DNA of 46,614 nucleotides from an uncultured Nitrospirales bacterium (GTDB taxonomy: Bacteria > Hydrogenedentota > Hydrogenedentia > Hydrogenedentales > GCA-2746185). The translations under genes and the position numbers were made by a program. The notes beneath the pieces are model-generated. The model did no database searches and had not been told where the DNA came from. It saw only the letters and a program-made list of their open reading frames with translations. How positions within the stretch are numbered: position 1 is the stretch's first letter; each line of letters starts with the position of its first letter. The DNA lies in the NCBI GenBank assembly GCA_964401695.1, contig CAYNZS010000002.1, positions 1-46,614 of the forward strand, read 5' to 3'. Positions 37,550 to 46,279 of this stretch are shown here, piece after piece.

Positions 37550-38371
37550 ATGAATCTTCAGTTGAGACTTGCCATGGCAGCGTTTGGTGTGGCGGCCGTG
37601 TGCACGATTGTTATAGCGCCCTTGGCCGCTTCGGATGAGGTCAGCGAGAAGGGCCCGGCGATTCTTGAGAAGAACAAGGATGCGGTGGTCACCGTTATGC
37701 TTGTGCTTAATCAGAAGATGTCTATGCCGGGCCGAGGCTCTCAGGACAATGAATCGCGGTCGGAAGCCACGGGGACGGTTATCGGTGCTGACGGCCTTAC
37801 CGTCGTTTCCCTTTCGACGGTGGACGCTTCGTCGATTATGGACGCGATGATGGCTGGGCAACCTGGAGCGAGCGACTTTACCATGGAGACCGACGTGGTC
37901 TCCGCGAAGATTCTACTGGGCGACGACACCGAAGTGCCGGCCAAGGTGGTGTTGCGCGATAAGGATTTGGACTTGGCCTTTGTGCGGCCTATCGAGAAAC
38001 CGGAGTCACCGTTTGCCTTTATCGACATGGTCGACGCAGGCGAACCGGGCATTCTTGAGCAGGTTATTGCGCTGAACCGAATGGGCCGGGTGGCGCGCCG
38101 GGTGCATTCGGCCTCGGTCGAGCGGATCGACGCTGTCGTGAAGAGGCCACGGACCTTTTACATCCCCGGGAAGGACCCAACGAACACGAATATGGGCTCG
38201 CCGGCGTTTATGCTCGATGGTCGGCCGATTGGCATTTTCTTGATGCGCGTCATTCAGGCCAGCGGCAGCAGCAATCCCTTTGGCGGAGCGCCGGATAACT
38301 TGGCGACGGTCCTTGTGCCAGCGGTGGATATTCTCGACGCGGCATCTCAGGCGCCTCCGTTTAAGGAGTAG
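37550..38371 (+). CDS. secreted trypsin-fold (HtrA-like) paralog with a degenerate active site and no PDZ domain
   Basis: Signal/TM MAAFGVAAVCTIVIAPLAA. It aligns by eye to the HtrA protease core. KDAVVTVMLV...ATGTVIGADGLTVVSLSTVD corresponds to GSGVIVTEEGHVVTNHHV, so the His position is S/T. DLDLAFVRP corresponds to DIAVIKL. NMGSPAFMLDGRPIGIF corresponds to GNSGGPLVDTDGRIIGI. Confidence 0.55.
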   Translation: MNLQLRLAMAAFGVAAVCTIVIAPLAASDEVSEKGPAILEKNKDAVVTVMLVLNQKMSMPGRGSQDNESRSEATGTVIGADGLTVVSLSTVDASSIMDAMMAGQPGASDFTMETDVVSAKILLGDDTEVPAKVVLRDKDLDLAFVRPIEKPESPFAFIDMVDAGEPGILEQVIALNRMGRVARRVHSASVERIDAVVKRPRTFYIPGKDPTNTNMGSPAFMLDGRPIGIFLMRVIQASGSSNPFGGAPDNLATVLVPAVDILDAASQAPPFKE

Positions 38372-38373
38372 AG

Positions 38374-39123
38374 GTGTCGGAAGGGCGGCCGCTTCGCGGC
38401 AAGACGGCGCTGGTGACGGGCGCGGCCAAGCGGCTGGGGCGCGCGACAGCGCTGGCGTTGGCGCGAGAGGGCGTAGATGTGGTCATCCACTACGATTCTT
38501 CCGCGACCGAGGCGGAGGAAACGGCCAGGGAGGCCTCGGTTCTTGGCGTAGACGCGTGGTGTGTTCAGGGCAACTTGGCCGCGGACGAAGGCGCTACGGG
38601 GATATTCGAAGCTAGCATGAAAGTGGCGGGGGCGTTGGACATCCTCGTGAATAACGCCGCAATATTTCCCGAAGATGAGCTGCTCGATGTCGGCGGTGCG
38701 AGCATCCAAGAGGCGGTTCAGATCAATGCCGCCTCTCCCCTTGCGCTAGGCCGCCTCTTCGCGGCGCAGGGCCGGGAAGGGTGTATCGTCAATTATCTGG
38801 ACGCGCGTATCGCGGACTACGATAGCCGTCACGTTTCTTATCATTTGAGTAAGAAGATGTTGTTTTCGATTACGCGCATGATGGCGCTGGAGTTTGCGCC
38901 GGCGGTTCGCGTGAACGCCGTTGCGCCCGGTTTGATCCTCCCGCCGGCAGGCAAGGACGAAAGCTACCTGCAATCGCTCGCGTCTACCAATCCCCTGCGG
39001 CGGCATGGCGACGGGGAGGATGTGGCCGCGGCCGCGGTGTTCCTTGTGAAAGCTTCGTTCGTCACGGGCCAGGTGATATTCGTCGACGGTGGGCGTCACA
39101 TGTTGGGAGGAGTCTATGGCTGA
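38374..39123 (+). CDS. short-chain dehydrogenase/reductase, pteridine reductase (PTR1/FolM)-like
   Basis: GKTALVTGAAKRLGRATALALAREGVDVVIHY plus ...NNAA... and the Y-x3-K (YHLSKK) catalytic motif. It is directly upstream of folB with an overlapping stop/start. Confidence 0.7.
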   Translation: MSEGRPLRGKTALVTGAAKRLGRATALALAREGVDVVIHYDSSATEAEETAREASVLGVDAWCVQGNLAADEGATGIFEASMKVAGALDILVNNAAIFPEDELLDVGGASIQEAVQINAASPLALGRLFAAQGREGCIVNYLDARIADYDSRHVSYHLSKKMLFSITRMMALEFAPAVRVNAVAPGLILPPAGKDESYLQSLASTNPLRRHGDGEDVAAAAVFLVKASFVTGQVIFVDGGRHMLGGVYG

Positions 39124-39487
39124 CGCGCCTTTGGATCGGATCCATATTCGCGACCTTCTCGTTCGCTGCATTCTGGGCGTCTATCCCGACGAACGCCGGG
39201 AGAAGCAAGATGTTATCGTGAACATTACGCTGTACGCGGATCTTCGGAAGGCGTGTTTGTCGGACGATATCGAGGATACGGTAGATTATAAGACCATCAA
39301 GAAACGCACACTCAAAATGGTACAGCAGTCGGAATACTTCTTAGTCGAGCGGCTCGCGGAACGCATCGCGGAATTGGCCCTCGAGTCGCCCGTTGTGCAG
39401 CGTGTGGACGTGGCTGTGGACAAGCCCGGCGCGTTGCGCTTCGCGAGGAGCGTGGCGGTCGAGATTACCCGCGCGCGTGAAGCATGA
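39116..39487 (+). CDS. folB: dihydroneopterin aldolase
   Basis: IHIRDLLVRCILGVYPDERREKQDVIVNITLYADL...DDIEDTVDYKTI...VERLAERIAE. About 123 aa, the typical FolB size and pattern. ATG 39116 overlaps the SDR stop. Confidence 0.8.
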   Translation: MADAPLDRIHIRDLLVRCILGVYPDERREKQDVIVNITLYADLRKACLSDDIEDTVDYKTIKKRTLKMVQQSEYFLVERLAERIAELALESPVVQRVDVAVDKPGALRFARSVAVEITRAREA

Positions 39488-39563
39488 AAGCTGCCTGAGG
39501 GTCAGGCCGTTCTGAACGCAGCGAATCAGCGCAGGTGAAAATCCGCGAGAGAATTGGAACGCC

Positions 39564-40094
39564 GTGTCAAACGGGAATATGGTGATCGCGTACATCGCTG
39601 TCGGGGCGAATATCGAGCCTCACAGGAATATTGTCGAGGCGTTGAGCCTTCTCTCGAAGCGGATCCCGGTTGTAGGCGTCTCCACCTTTTATCGGTCGGC
39701 CCCTCTCGACAGGCCAAGTCAGGCGGATTATTTGAACGGAGTCGTAGCGGCGAAAACGGATATGGGCGCGATGAGGTTGAAACGGCGGGTCTTGCAGCTT
39801 GTCGAATCGAAATTGGGGCGTGTGCGGACGGCGGATCGGTTTGCGGCGCGTTCCATCGATCTGGATTTGATTCTGTATGGCGGCGATGTGGTGAGCAGCG
39901 AAACGTTAATCCTTCCCGACCCGGATATACGGCAGCGGGCGTTTGTGGCGCTGCCGCTGAGCGAGGTCGCTCCGGGACTGCGACTTCCGGATACAGGTGA
40001 AGCGTTGGCGGAATTGACGGTATTGAACGAGCGCGATGGCTTGACGCCCGATGTCGAATTGACGCGCCGTGTGAAGGAGAGGTTGGGCTTATGA
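39564..40094 (+). CDS. folK: 2-amino-4-hydroxy-6-hydroxymethyldihydropteridine diphosphokinase
   Basis: [11 protein letters not shown]...STFYRSAPL...[10 protein letters not shown]...[23 protein letters not shown]...[14 protein letters not shown]. Alternative start ATG 39579. Confidence 0.85.
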   Translation: MSNGNMVIAYIAVGANIEPHRNIVEALSLLSKRIPVVGVSTFYRSAPLDRPSQADYLNGVVAAKTDMGAMRLKRRVLQLVESKLGRVRTADRFAARSIDLDLILYGGDVVSSETLILPDPDIRQRAFVALPLSEVAPGLRLPDTGEALAELTVLNERDGLTPDVELTRRVKERLGL

Positions 40095-40654
40095 ACGTGG
40101 AACGGGTGGAAGAGTTAATAGGGGAACTCCTCAGCGAGATTGGCGAGGATCCAAGCCGCGAAGGGCTGCTGGAAACGCCGCAGCGGGTGGCCAAAGCGTG
40201 GCAGTTCTTGACGTCGGGTTATGGGTCGAATCCAAGGGACATCGTGAATGGGGCGGTGTTCGAATCGGAAAGCAACAACATGATCATCTCGCGGGACATC
40301 GAGGTGTATAGCCTGTGCGAACACCACATGCTTCCGTTTTTCGGCCGATGCCACATAGGCTATATCGCGGATAGGAAGGTGCTCGGGTTGAGCAAGCTGG
40401 CGCGGATCGTGGACTGCTATTCGCGCCGCCTGCAGATTCAGGAGCGGCTGACGGCGCAGATTGCGCAGGAAATTATGGAAGCGACTGGGGCCGAGGGTGT
40501 AGGGGTCGTGGTGGAATGCCGCCACTTGTGCACGATGATGCGAGGGGTCGAGAAGCAGAATTCGGTGATGACGACTTCGTCGGTCTTGGGAAGTTTTCGC
40601 GGGGACGCAATCACGCGAACGGAATTTCTGAAGCTTATTTCGCGGAACGCGTAG
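40091..40654 (+). CDS. folE: GTP cyclohydrolase I
   Basis: [15 protein letters not shown]...[21 protein letters not shown]...[10 protein letters not shown]...RLQIQERLT...[18 protein letters not shown] overlap with folK. Confidence 0.95.
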   Translation: MNVERVEELIGELLSEIGEDPSREGLLETPQRVAKAWQFLTSGYGSNPRDIVNGAVFESESNNMIISRDIEVYSLCEHHMLPFFGRCHIGYIADRKVLGLSKLARIVDCYSRRLQIQERLTAQIAQEIMEATGAEGVGVVVECRHLCTMMRGVEKQNSVMTTSSVLGSFRGDAITRTEFLKLISRNA

Positions 40655-40718
40655 CGTGGCTTGGCGTGACGAAATCTCCGGGGCGGACAGGGACACCTAT
40701 TGATAATGTGGCGTCTTT

Positions 40719-43289
40719 ATGAGTGAAGAAATCGGGGAAGACGCTGGTGGCCGCATCACGGATTCGGCGGCGCGGGAGATGGCGCGCGATATCGCGGAGA
40801 CGGGTGGCCGCGAGGTGTTCTTCGTCGGCAACTTGAACGCGGACGGGCTGGTGGCGAAAGTGAGCGCTCGCGCCCGTGGGACCGGTGGGGCGGTGCCGGC
40901 GATTTTCGAGGGCCTGGACCGGGGGCAGGTTGTCATCCACAACCATCCCGGTGGCCATATCGAGCCGTCGGAAGCGGACCTTGAATTGGCGGTGGGGTAC
41001 TCGACCAATGGACACGGCGTCTATATCGTGGACAATCAGGTTCTGCGCGTGTACGTGGTGGTCGAGCCCTTTCGCGATACGGAACGCGAAGAGCTGGATG
41101 TAGTCGAACTTGCTCGCTTCTTCCAGCCAGATGGGCCGTTGGCGCGGGCGCTACCTGATTATGAGGTCCGGCCTCAACAGTCGGCCATGATGCGTTCGGT
41201 TAGCGGCGCGTTGAACGAAGATTCGATTGCCGTTATCGAAGCTCCAACAGGTGTCGGGAAGACGCTTGCCTACCTTTTGCCCGCGGCCCTGTGGGCCATA
41301 CGCAATCGGGAGCGGGTGGTCATCTCGACGCGCACGATAAACCTTCAGGAACAGATTGTGCTGAAGGACATTCCCCTGTTGCAGCGGTGCCTGGACGAAA
41401 AGTTCAGCGCGGTGCTAGTCAAGGGGCGTCAGAATTACGTCTGTCCGCGGCGCTTGAACCGCGCGCTTTCCGAGGCCTCTCTTTTCGATGACGCAGAGAC
41501 GACGGAGATCCTCAAATCGCTTGGAGAGTGGGTGAAGACGACCGAGGACGGCAGCCATTCCGACTTGTCTTTCGTTCCTCCACGCGACATCTGGGAGCAG
41601 GTCTGCTCGGAGGCGGACACTTGCACGGCGGCGCAGTGCCAGTCGTCGGGCAATTGTTTTGTGCCGAAGGCGCGGCGGGAAATCGCGAAGGCGGATCTTG
41701 TCGTGGTGAATCACCACATGCTGTTTTCCGATTTGGCCATCAAGAAGGAGGTAGGAAATTTCTCTACTTTGGCGGTATTGCCCGCGTACCACCGGCTGAT
41801 CTTGGATGAGGCGCATCACGTTGAGGATTCGGCGACGGAGTATTTTGGGCAAGAAGCGACGCGCAATGGGGCCGTCGCGCTGTTGGGCCGGTTTATTCGG
41901 CGCGAACGGGGACAGGAACGGGGCCTGATTCCGTACGTTCGCGTGAAGCTGGCGCAGGAAGCGCAGAGCCTGAGCCTGTCGGAGCATGATGCGCTTATCG
42001 ATCTGATCGAGAATTCGCTGTTGCCCGCGATAGCCTCTTCGCGCGAAGCGTTTGAGGTGGCGTTCAAGGCGTTGCGCGATCTGACATCGGCGAAGAGCGG
42101 ACAGGTCGGGCGGGACGTGAAGTGGCGGTTGACGGAAAAAGTGTTGGCCGACGATGAGCTTCGTCAATTGCACACCGTGTACGTGTTGCCTGCGGTGGAA
42201 GAGTTGACGCAACTGGTGAAGCATTGCTCGCTTCTTCTCACGAAGTTGCAGGACATCGACCCGACGGCGGAGCAGACGGAGAAGCCGCTCGGGGTCGAGG
42301 CGGCGCAGTTGCAGGGATACCGGGACCGCTTGGTTCGCTTGGCGAATGTGCTGGCGGAGGGGACGAGTCCGGATCTCGAAGAGAATACGGTTCGCTGGGT
42401 CGAGATCGACGCGCAAAACGAGAATATCGTTCGGATTGTTCGTTGCCCCCTGGAAGTGGGGAAGCCGCTTGCCGAATGGGTGTATCCCAACTTGAAGACG
42501 GTCGTGATGACCTCGGCGACTCTGACGGTGCGGCGCCGTTTCGATTTCCTGTTCAGCCGAATTGGCTTGGATGCCAACGAGAAGGCCGCGGGAAACAGCC
42601 TCAGCCTGGATTCGCCCTTCGACTTCGCGGAACAGGCGGTGTTGTGCGTGGCGCAAGATGTCGTGCCTCCGAATCATTCGGATTTCATGGAAATGACGAC
42701 GGACTACATCGGCAAGGCTATCGAGATTACGGGCGGCCACGCGTTCGTGCTCTTTACATCGTTCCGCGCGCTGAATTACTCGTACAACCGGCTCGAGAAG
42801 GGGCTTCGGGCGAAGGGTATTACGCCGTTGAAGCAGGGCGGGCAGAATCGTACGCGGCTACTCGAGCGGTTTCGCCGCGATTCGGCAAGTTGCCTTTTCG
42901 CCACGGACAGTTTCTGGGAGGGCGTGGATGTCGCTGGCGACGCGCTGCAGTGTGTTATACTTCCGCGTCTTCCGTTTCGAGTTCCGACGGAGCCTATTTT
43001 TCAGGCCAGGGCGGAGGCGATTGAGGTTCGGGGCGGTAATGCTTTTATGGACTACACCGTTCCGCTGGCGGTTATTAAATTCCGGCAAGGGTTTGGCCGG
43101 CTTGTACGGCGCCGGACTGACCGGGGAAGCATTGTGGTGCTGGATTCCCGGATTCTTACCAAGTATTACGGCAAGTTTTTTCTTGAGTCGCTCCCCGAAA
43201 TTCGCGTGGTCAAGGGACCACGAAAGGGAGTGTTCGAAGCCTTCCGCAAGTTTCACTCGGATGACGAAGAGGAGAATCGGGCTACGTGA
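40719..43289 (+). CDS. dinG: fusion protein: N-terminal JAB/MPN (RadC-like JAMM) domain plus DinG/XPD-family Fe-S ATP-dependent DNA helicase
   Basis: Residues ~1-120 carry GGREVFFVG...VVIHNHPGGHIEPSEADLELA, a complete H-x-H-x7-S-x2-D JAMM motif. The helicase part has Walker A APTGVGKT and DEAH box LILDEAHHVED. Between them is a Cys cluster (YVCPRRL; VCSEADTCTAAQCQSSGNCF). C-terminal motifs are TSATL and FATDSFWEGVDV..L..VILPRLPF...QGFGRLVRR. It is a single uninterrupted 856-codon ORF. Confidence 0.8.
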   Translation: MSEEIGEDAGGRITDSAAREMARDIAETGGREVFFVGNLNADGLVAKVSARARGTGGAVPAIFEGLDRGQVVIHNHPGGHIEPSEADLELAVGYSTNGHGVYIVDNQVLRVYVVVEPFRDTEREELDVVELARFFQPDGPLARALPDYEVRPQQSAMMRSVSGALNEDSIAVIEAPTGVGKTLAYLLPAALWAIRNRERVVISTRTINLQEQIVLKDIPLLQRCLDEKFSAVLVKGRQNYVCPRRLNRALSEASLFDDAETTEILKSLGEWVKTTEDGSHSDLSFVPPRDIWEQVCSEADTCTAAQCQSSGNCFVPKARREIAKADLVVVNHHMLFSDLAIKKEVGNFSTLAVLPAYHRLILDEAHHVEDSATEYFGQEATRNGAVALLGRFIRRERGQERGLIPYVRVKLAQEAQSLSLSEHDALIDLIENSLLPAIASSREAFEVAFKALRDLTSAKSGQVGRDVKWRLTEKVLADDELRQLHTVYVLPAVEELTQLVKHCSLLLTKLQDIDPTAEQTEKPLGVEAAQLQGYRDRLVRLANVLAEGTSPDLEENTVRWVEIDAQNENIVRIVRCPLEVGKPLAEWVYPNLKTVVMTSATLTVRRRFDFLFSRIGLDANEKAAGNSLSLDSPFDFAEQAVLCVAQDVVPPNHSDFMEMTTDYIGKAIEITGGHAFVLFTSFRALNYSYNRLEKGLRAKGITPLKQGGQNRTRLLERFRRDSASCLFATDSFWEGVDVAGDALQCVILPRLPFRVPTEPIFQARAEAIEVRGGNAFMDYTVPLAVIKFRQGFGRLVRRRTDRGSIVVLDSRILTKYYGKFFLESLPEIRVVKGPRKGVFEAFRKFHSDDEEENRAT

Positions 43290-44677
43290 CCCAAGGTATT
43301 CGCAGCAATATTTCCGGCGCGCGTTCCGCGGCTGTAGGCCGTGAGCATGGTGTCTCCCCAGTCGATTTGAAGGGGCTGGAGCCTGTGGTGGCGCAAGCGC
43401 ACCGGGCGCTCCGGGCCGAACGTTCCGAAAAGAAATACGGCTTCTTCGACTTGCATCGCGATAAGTCGATCGTCGCCGAAGTGGAGCGCGCCGCGAAGGT
43501 TTTTTTTAAGTGGCGTTACGAGAACTTGGTGGTATTGGGGATTGGTGGATCGGCGTTGGGCGCGACGGCGCTGGTGACCGCGTTGAAGCCGCCTTACTAT
43601 AATCTTCTGAGCCAGGAGAAACGTGGCGGACGGCCCCGCATCTTTGTGATGGACAATGTGGATCCCGAAACGTTCCATCAGATGATGCGGCTGTGCCCTC
43701 CGGAGAAGACGCTCTACAACGTGATCTCCAAATCCGGCGGCACGGCGGAAACGGTATCGCAGTTGCTGGTCGTGGTCGATATGTTGGAGAAGGTGGCCGG
43801 AGTTTCGGCGCTGAAGGATCATTTGGCCGTAACGACGGGGCCGCTTGAACGGGGCGCGAAGCCGAACCCGTTGCAGGCGCTTGTTAAGAAGCGGGGCCTG
43901 GTCAGTTTCGATGTGCCTCCGAATGTTGGCGGACGGTTTTCGGTGTTTTCTTCGGTCGGACTGTTTCCGGCGGCGGTATTGGGGATGGACCTCAGGGCGC
44001 TGTTCGCGGGATGCGCTTCGATGGATAAGCAGTGTTCGCGCGCCAGCTTGAAAGACAATCCCGCCTACCTGCGCGCAGCCGTCGAATTCTTGGGGTCGCG
44101 CGACAAGGGCAAGTCAATATCCGTCATGCTTCCTTACGCGGACGCGTTGCGCGATGTGGCGGATTGGTATCGCCAAATCTGGGCGGAAAGCCTGGGCAAG
44201 TGCAGTAACCTGGATGGGTCGAACAACGCCTGGCACGCGGGGCAGACGCCGGTCAAGGCGCTGGGGGTTACGGATCAGCACTCGCAGCTCCAACTGTACT
44301 TGGAGGGCCCCAACGATAAGATTATTACGGTGTTGGCGGTCTCCGCGTTTCGGCAACGGGTTTCGATTCCAATTGCCGGGTCAAGTGTCAAAGGCCCCGC
44401 CTATCTTCATGGCAGCACTTTGAACAAGCTCATGGCCGCGGAGCGCAAGGCTACAGTGGATGCGCTCAAAGCGAACGGCAGGCCGGTCATGACAGTAATC
44501 TTTCCTCGTGTCAACGAGTTCACGGTGGCCGAATTGCTGTACATGCTTGAGGTGGAAACGGCGATGGCGGGGCGCTTGTTCGATGTGGACGCTTTCGGCC
44601 AGCCGGCGGTCGAGCAGATCAAAGTGCTCACGCGCCGGAATATGGGCGCCCGAAACCAGGGGGTGGCGGGCCAATGA
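43286..44677 (+). CDS. pgi: glucose-6-phosphate isomerase (short form)
   Basis: LVVLGIGGSALGATAL...YNVISKSGGTAET...GGRFSVFSSVGLFPAA...DQHSQLQLYLEGP. The GTG start overlaps the helicase TGA (GTGA). Confidence 0.85.
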   Translation: MTQGIRSNISGARSAAVGREHGVSPVDLKGLEPVVAQAHRALRAERSEKKYGFFDLHRDKSIVAEVERAAKVFFKWRYENLVVLGIGGSALGATALVTALKPPYYNLLSQEKRGGRPRIFVMDNVDPETFHQMMRLCPPEKTLYNVISKSGGTAETVSQLLVVVDMLEKVAGVSALKDHLAVTTGPLERGAKPNPLQALVKKRGLVSFDVPPNVGGRFSVFSSVGLFPAAVLGMDLRALFAGCASMDKQCSRASLKDNPAYLRAAVEFLGSRDKGKSISVMLPYADALRDVADWYRQIWAESLGKCSNLDGSNNAWHAGQTPVKALGVTDQHSQLQLYLEGPNDKIITVLAVSAFRQRVSIPIAGSSVKGPAYLHGSTLNKLMAAERKATVDALKANGRPVMTVIFPRVNEFTVAELLYMLEVETAMAGRLFDVDAFGQPAVEQIKVLTRRNMGARNQGVAGQ

Positions 44678-46272
44678 GCTCCGGCGACATGCCCGGTTCG
44701 ACGCCTGCGTTTCCCGACTACGGGGAGCGGGGGGATCAAGCGGGCGCACGCCGGGCTCGGTACGCGTTTTGGCTGTGTGTCGCGTCGTGCGTGGCGATTA
44801 CTTTGATGCTCTGGTTTGCCGACGAGCACCTCCGCCATGACCAGGCGGATCGCCTCTATATGAGCGGGGTAACTTTGACGGCCCGCGAGTCGGCCCGCGT
44901 GATGTTGCTGCAAGCGATTAAGCTGGACGAAGAATCGGGGGAGAAGCCCACGCCCCGTTATACGCAGGCTCTGGCTGTGCGCCGCGAGTTGGATGTGATA
45001 TTGGAAACGTATGAGGAGGCGTACCAACTCGATCCTAAGAATTCGCTGTTTGCGCTTCGCTATGGCGCGCAGCTGTTCCAGATGGGCGACCCGGTGAAGG
45101 CGGCGGAGATCTTTCGCGAGGCGGTGCTCCATCCTCCTGAGAATGCGTTGCCTTCCTTTCTGGAGGCAGCGTGCATCGCGGAGGCGGGCGAAGGGACTGA
45201 TGGCGTGGAAAATGCGGTGGTCGCGCTGTCGCGCGCGAACAATCAGGCGAAGCCGGTCATTTTTCCGAAGCCGATTTGGATGGCCTCGACGTTGCCGGAG
45301 CGGGGGATGCAGTACGCGAGGCTCTCTCGCGGCATCGCGGACGAAGTGTGTGCACCCATCTATAGGTTCAGGAATCTTGTTTTATCCCTAGTGGATGGGC
45401 AGATGGCGGAAGGGCAAAAGCGCCACGCGACAAGGTGGCTGGCCGAGCTTCGAATGATGGGTAAGCGCTTGGCGGAACAAGGCGAGCCGCGGTACGCCAA
45501 CGTCGCGTTGCTGGGCCTCGACATTCAATCGGAAGTCATCGGCCGCCTGAAGAAGTTGGCTGAAGTGAACAACGAAGGGCTCGACGAGAAACTTGTGGCG
45601 GACGACATTCACATTAATGACGCAAGTAAGGTTCTCGAAGAGTTTGAGTTAACGAGGGACAACCGAATCGCTATGGGTGTCGCGTCGGTTAGGTATCCGA
45701 ATCGCCTCTACGGCTACGGGATGTTGTGGGTGTTGGGGGTATATATATTCGCGCGGCTTCTGTGTAAGTTGAGTGGCGCGCGGAAGTCGTCGTGGACGGT
45801 TCCCCACGGCCCCCTGGGGGTGGGAGTTGTGGTGGGCGGGACGATTTTCTTGTTTGTCTTGATGCACGGGCTGCGGCTTTCGGGCTGGGTGCAGATTCCG
45901 GGGACGAGCTATGAGCGGACGGTGACGTTGATCTGGTGGCTTGTTCTGGGTGGGTCGCCGTTGTACGGTTTCGTCTATCCGTCGTTTTGCCTCAAGAGCA
46001 CTGAAGAAGTGAGCCGCCGCTCGGGACACCCGGACGAGGTGGACGGGACGATGCGTTTGGCTAGGAGCGCGTATCGGCGTGCCTATCTTTCGCTCGCGTT
46101 GCGCTATCAGGGGATTCTCCTGGGCCTGTACATCAGCCTGTATTGCGCGTGGGTGGTGTCGTTTCGCATAACCGGAGGCTTCTACCCTTTCTTGCAGATT
46201 AACCTTGTGGCGCCCGGCCTTCTCGAGGAAGAGGCGAAGGTGGTCGAGCAAGCGTTGGCGTTGCTGGGGTGA
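44674..46272 (+). CDS. polytopic membrane protein of unknown function
   Basis: ATGA overlap with pgi. One N-terminal TM (YAFWLCVASCVAITLMLWFA). A helical soluble region of ~330 aa. At least four C-terminal TM segments (MLWVLGVYIFARLL, GVGVVVGGTIFLFVLM, TLIWWLVLGGSPLYGFVY, ILLGLYISLYCAWVVSF). Confidence 0.6.
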   Translation: MSSGDMPGSTPAFPDYGERGDQAGARRARYAFWLCVASCVAITLMLWFADEHLRHDQADRLYMSGVTLTARESARVMLLQAIKLDEESGEKPTPRYTQALAVRRELDVILETYEEAYQLDPKNSLFALRYGAQLFQMGDPVKAAEIFREAVLHPPENALPSFLEAACIAEAGEGTDGVENAVVALSRANNQAKPVIFPKPIWMASTLPERGMQYARLSRGIADEVCAPIYRFRNLVLSLVDGQMAEGQKRHATRWLAELRMMGKRLAEQGEPRYANVALLGLDIQSEVIGRLKKLAEVNNEGLDEKLVADDIHINDASKVLEEFELTRDNRIAMGVASVRYPNRLYGYGMLWVLGVYIFARLLCKLSGARKSSWTVPHGPLGVGVVVGGTIFLFVLMHGLRLSGWVQIPGTSYERTVTLIWWLVLGGSPLYGFVYPSFCLKSTEEVSRRSGHPDEVDGTMRLARSAYRRAYLSLALRYQGILLGLYISLYCAWVVSFRITGGFYPFLQINLVAPGLLEEEAKVVEQALALLG

Positions 46273-46279
46273 TCGTCGG

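Noticed and set aside
41415-42740. Long antisense or off-frame ORFs inside confident genes. Examples: 41415-42740, 28781-29956, 27753-28928, 6267-7298, 2191-3213, 3915-4601, 18609-19676, 21500-22261, 35112-35879 and 45649-46251.
   Set aside because: Their products are Arg/Pro/Gly/His-rich and low-information, and lack recognisable motifs. They lie opposite to, or out of frame with, genes carrying unambiguous family signatures. These are typical shadow ORFs of GC-rich DNA.
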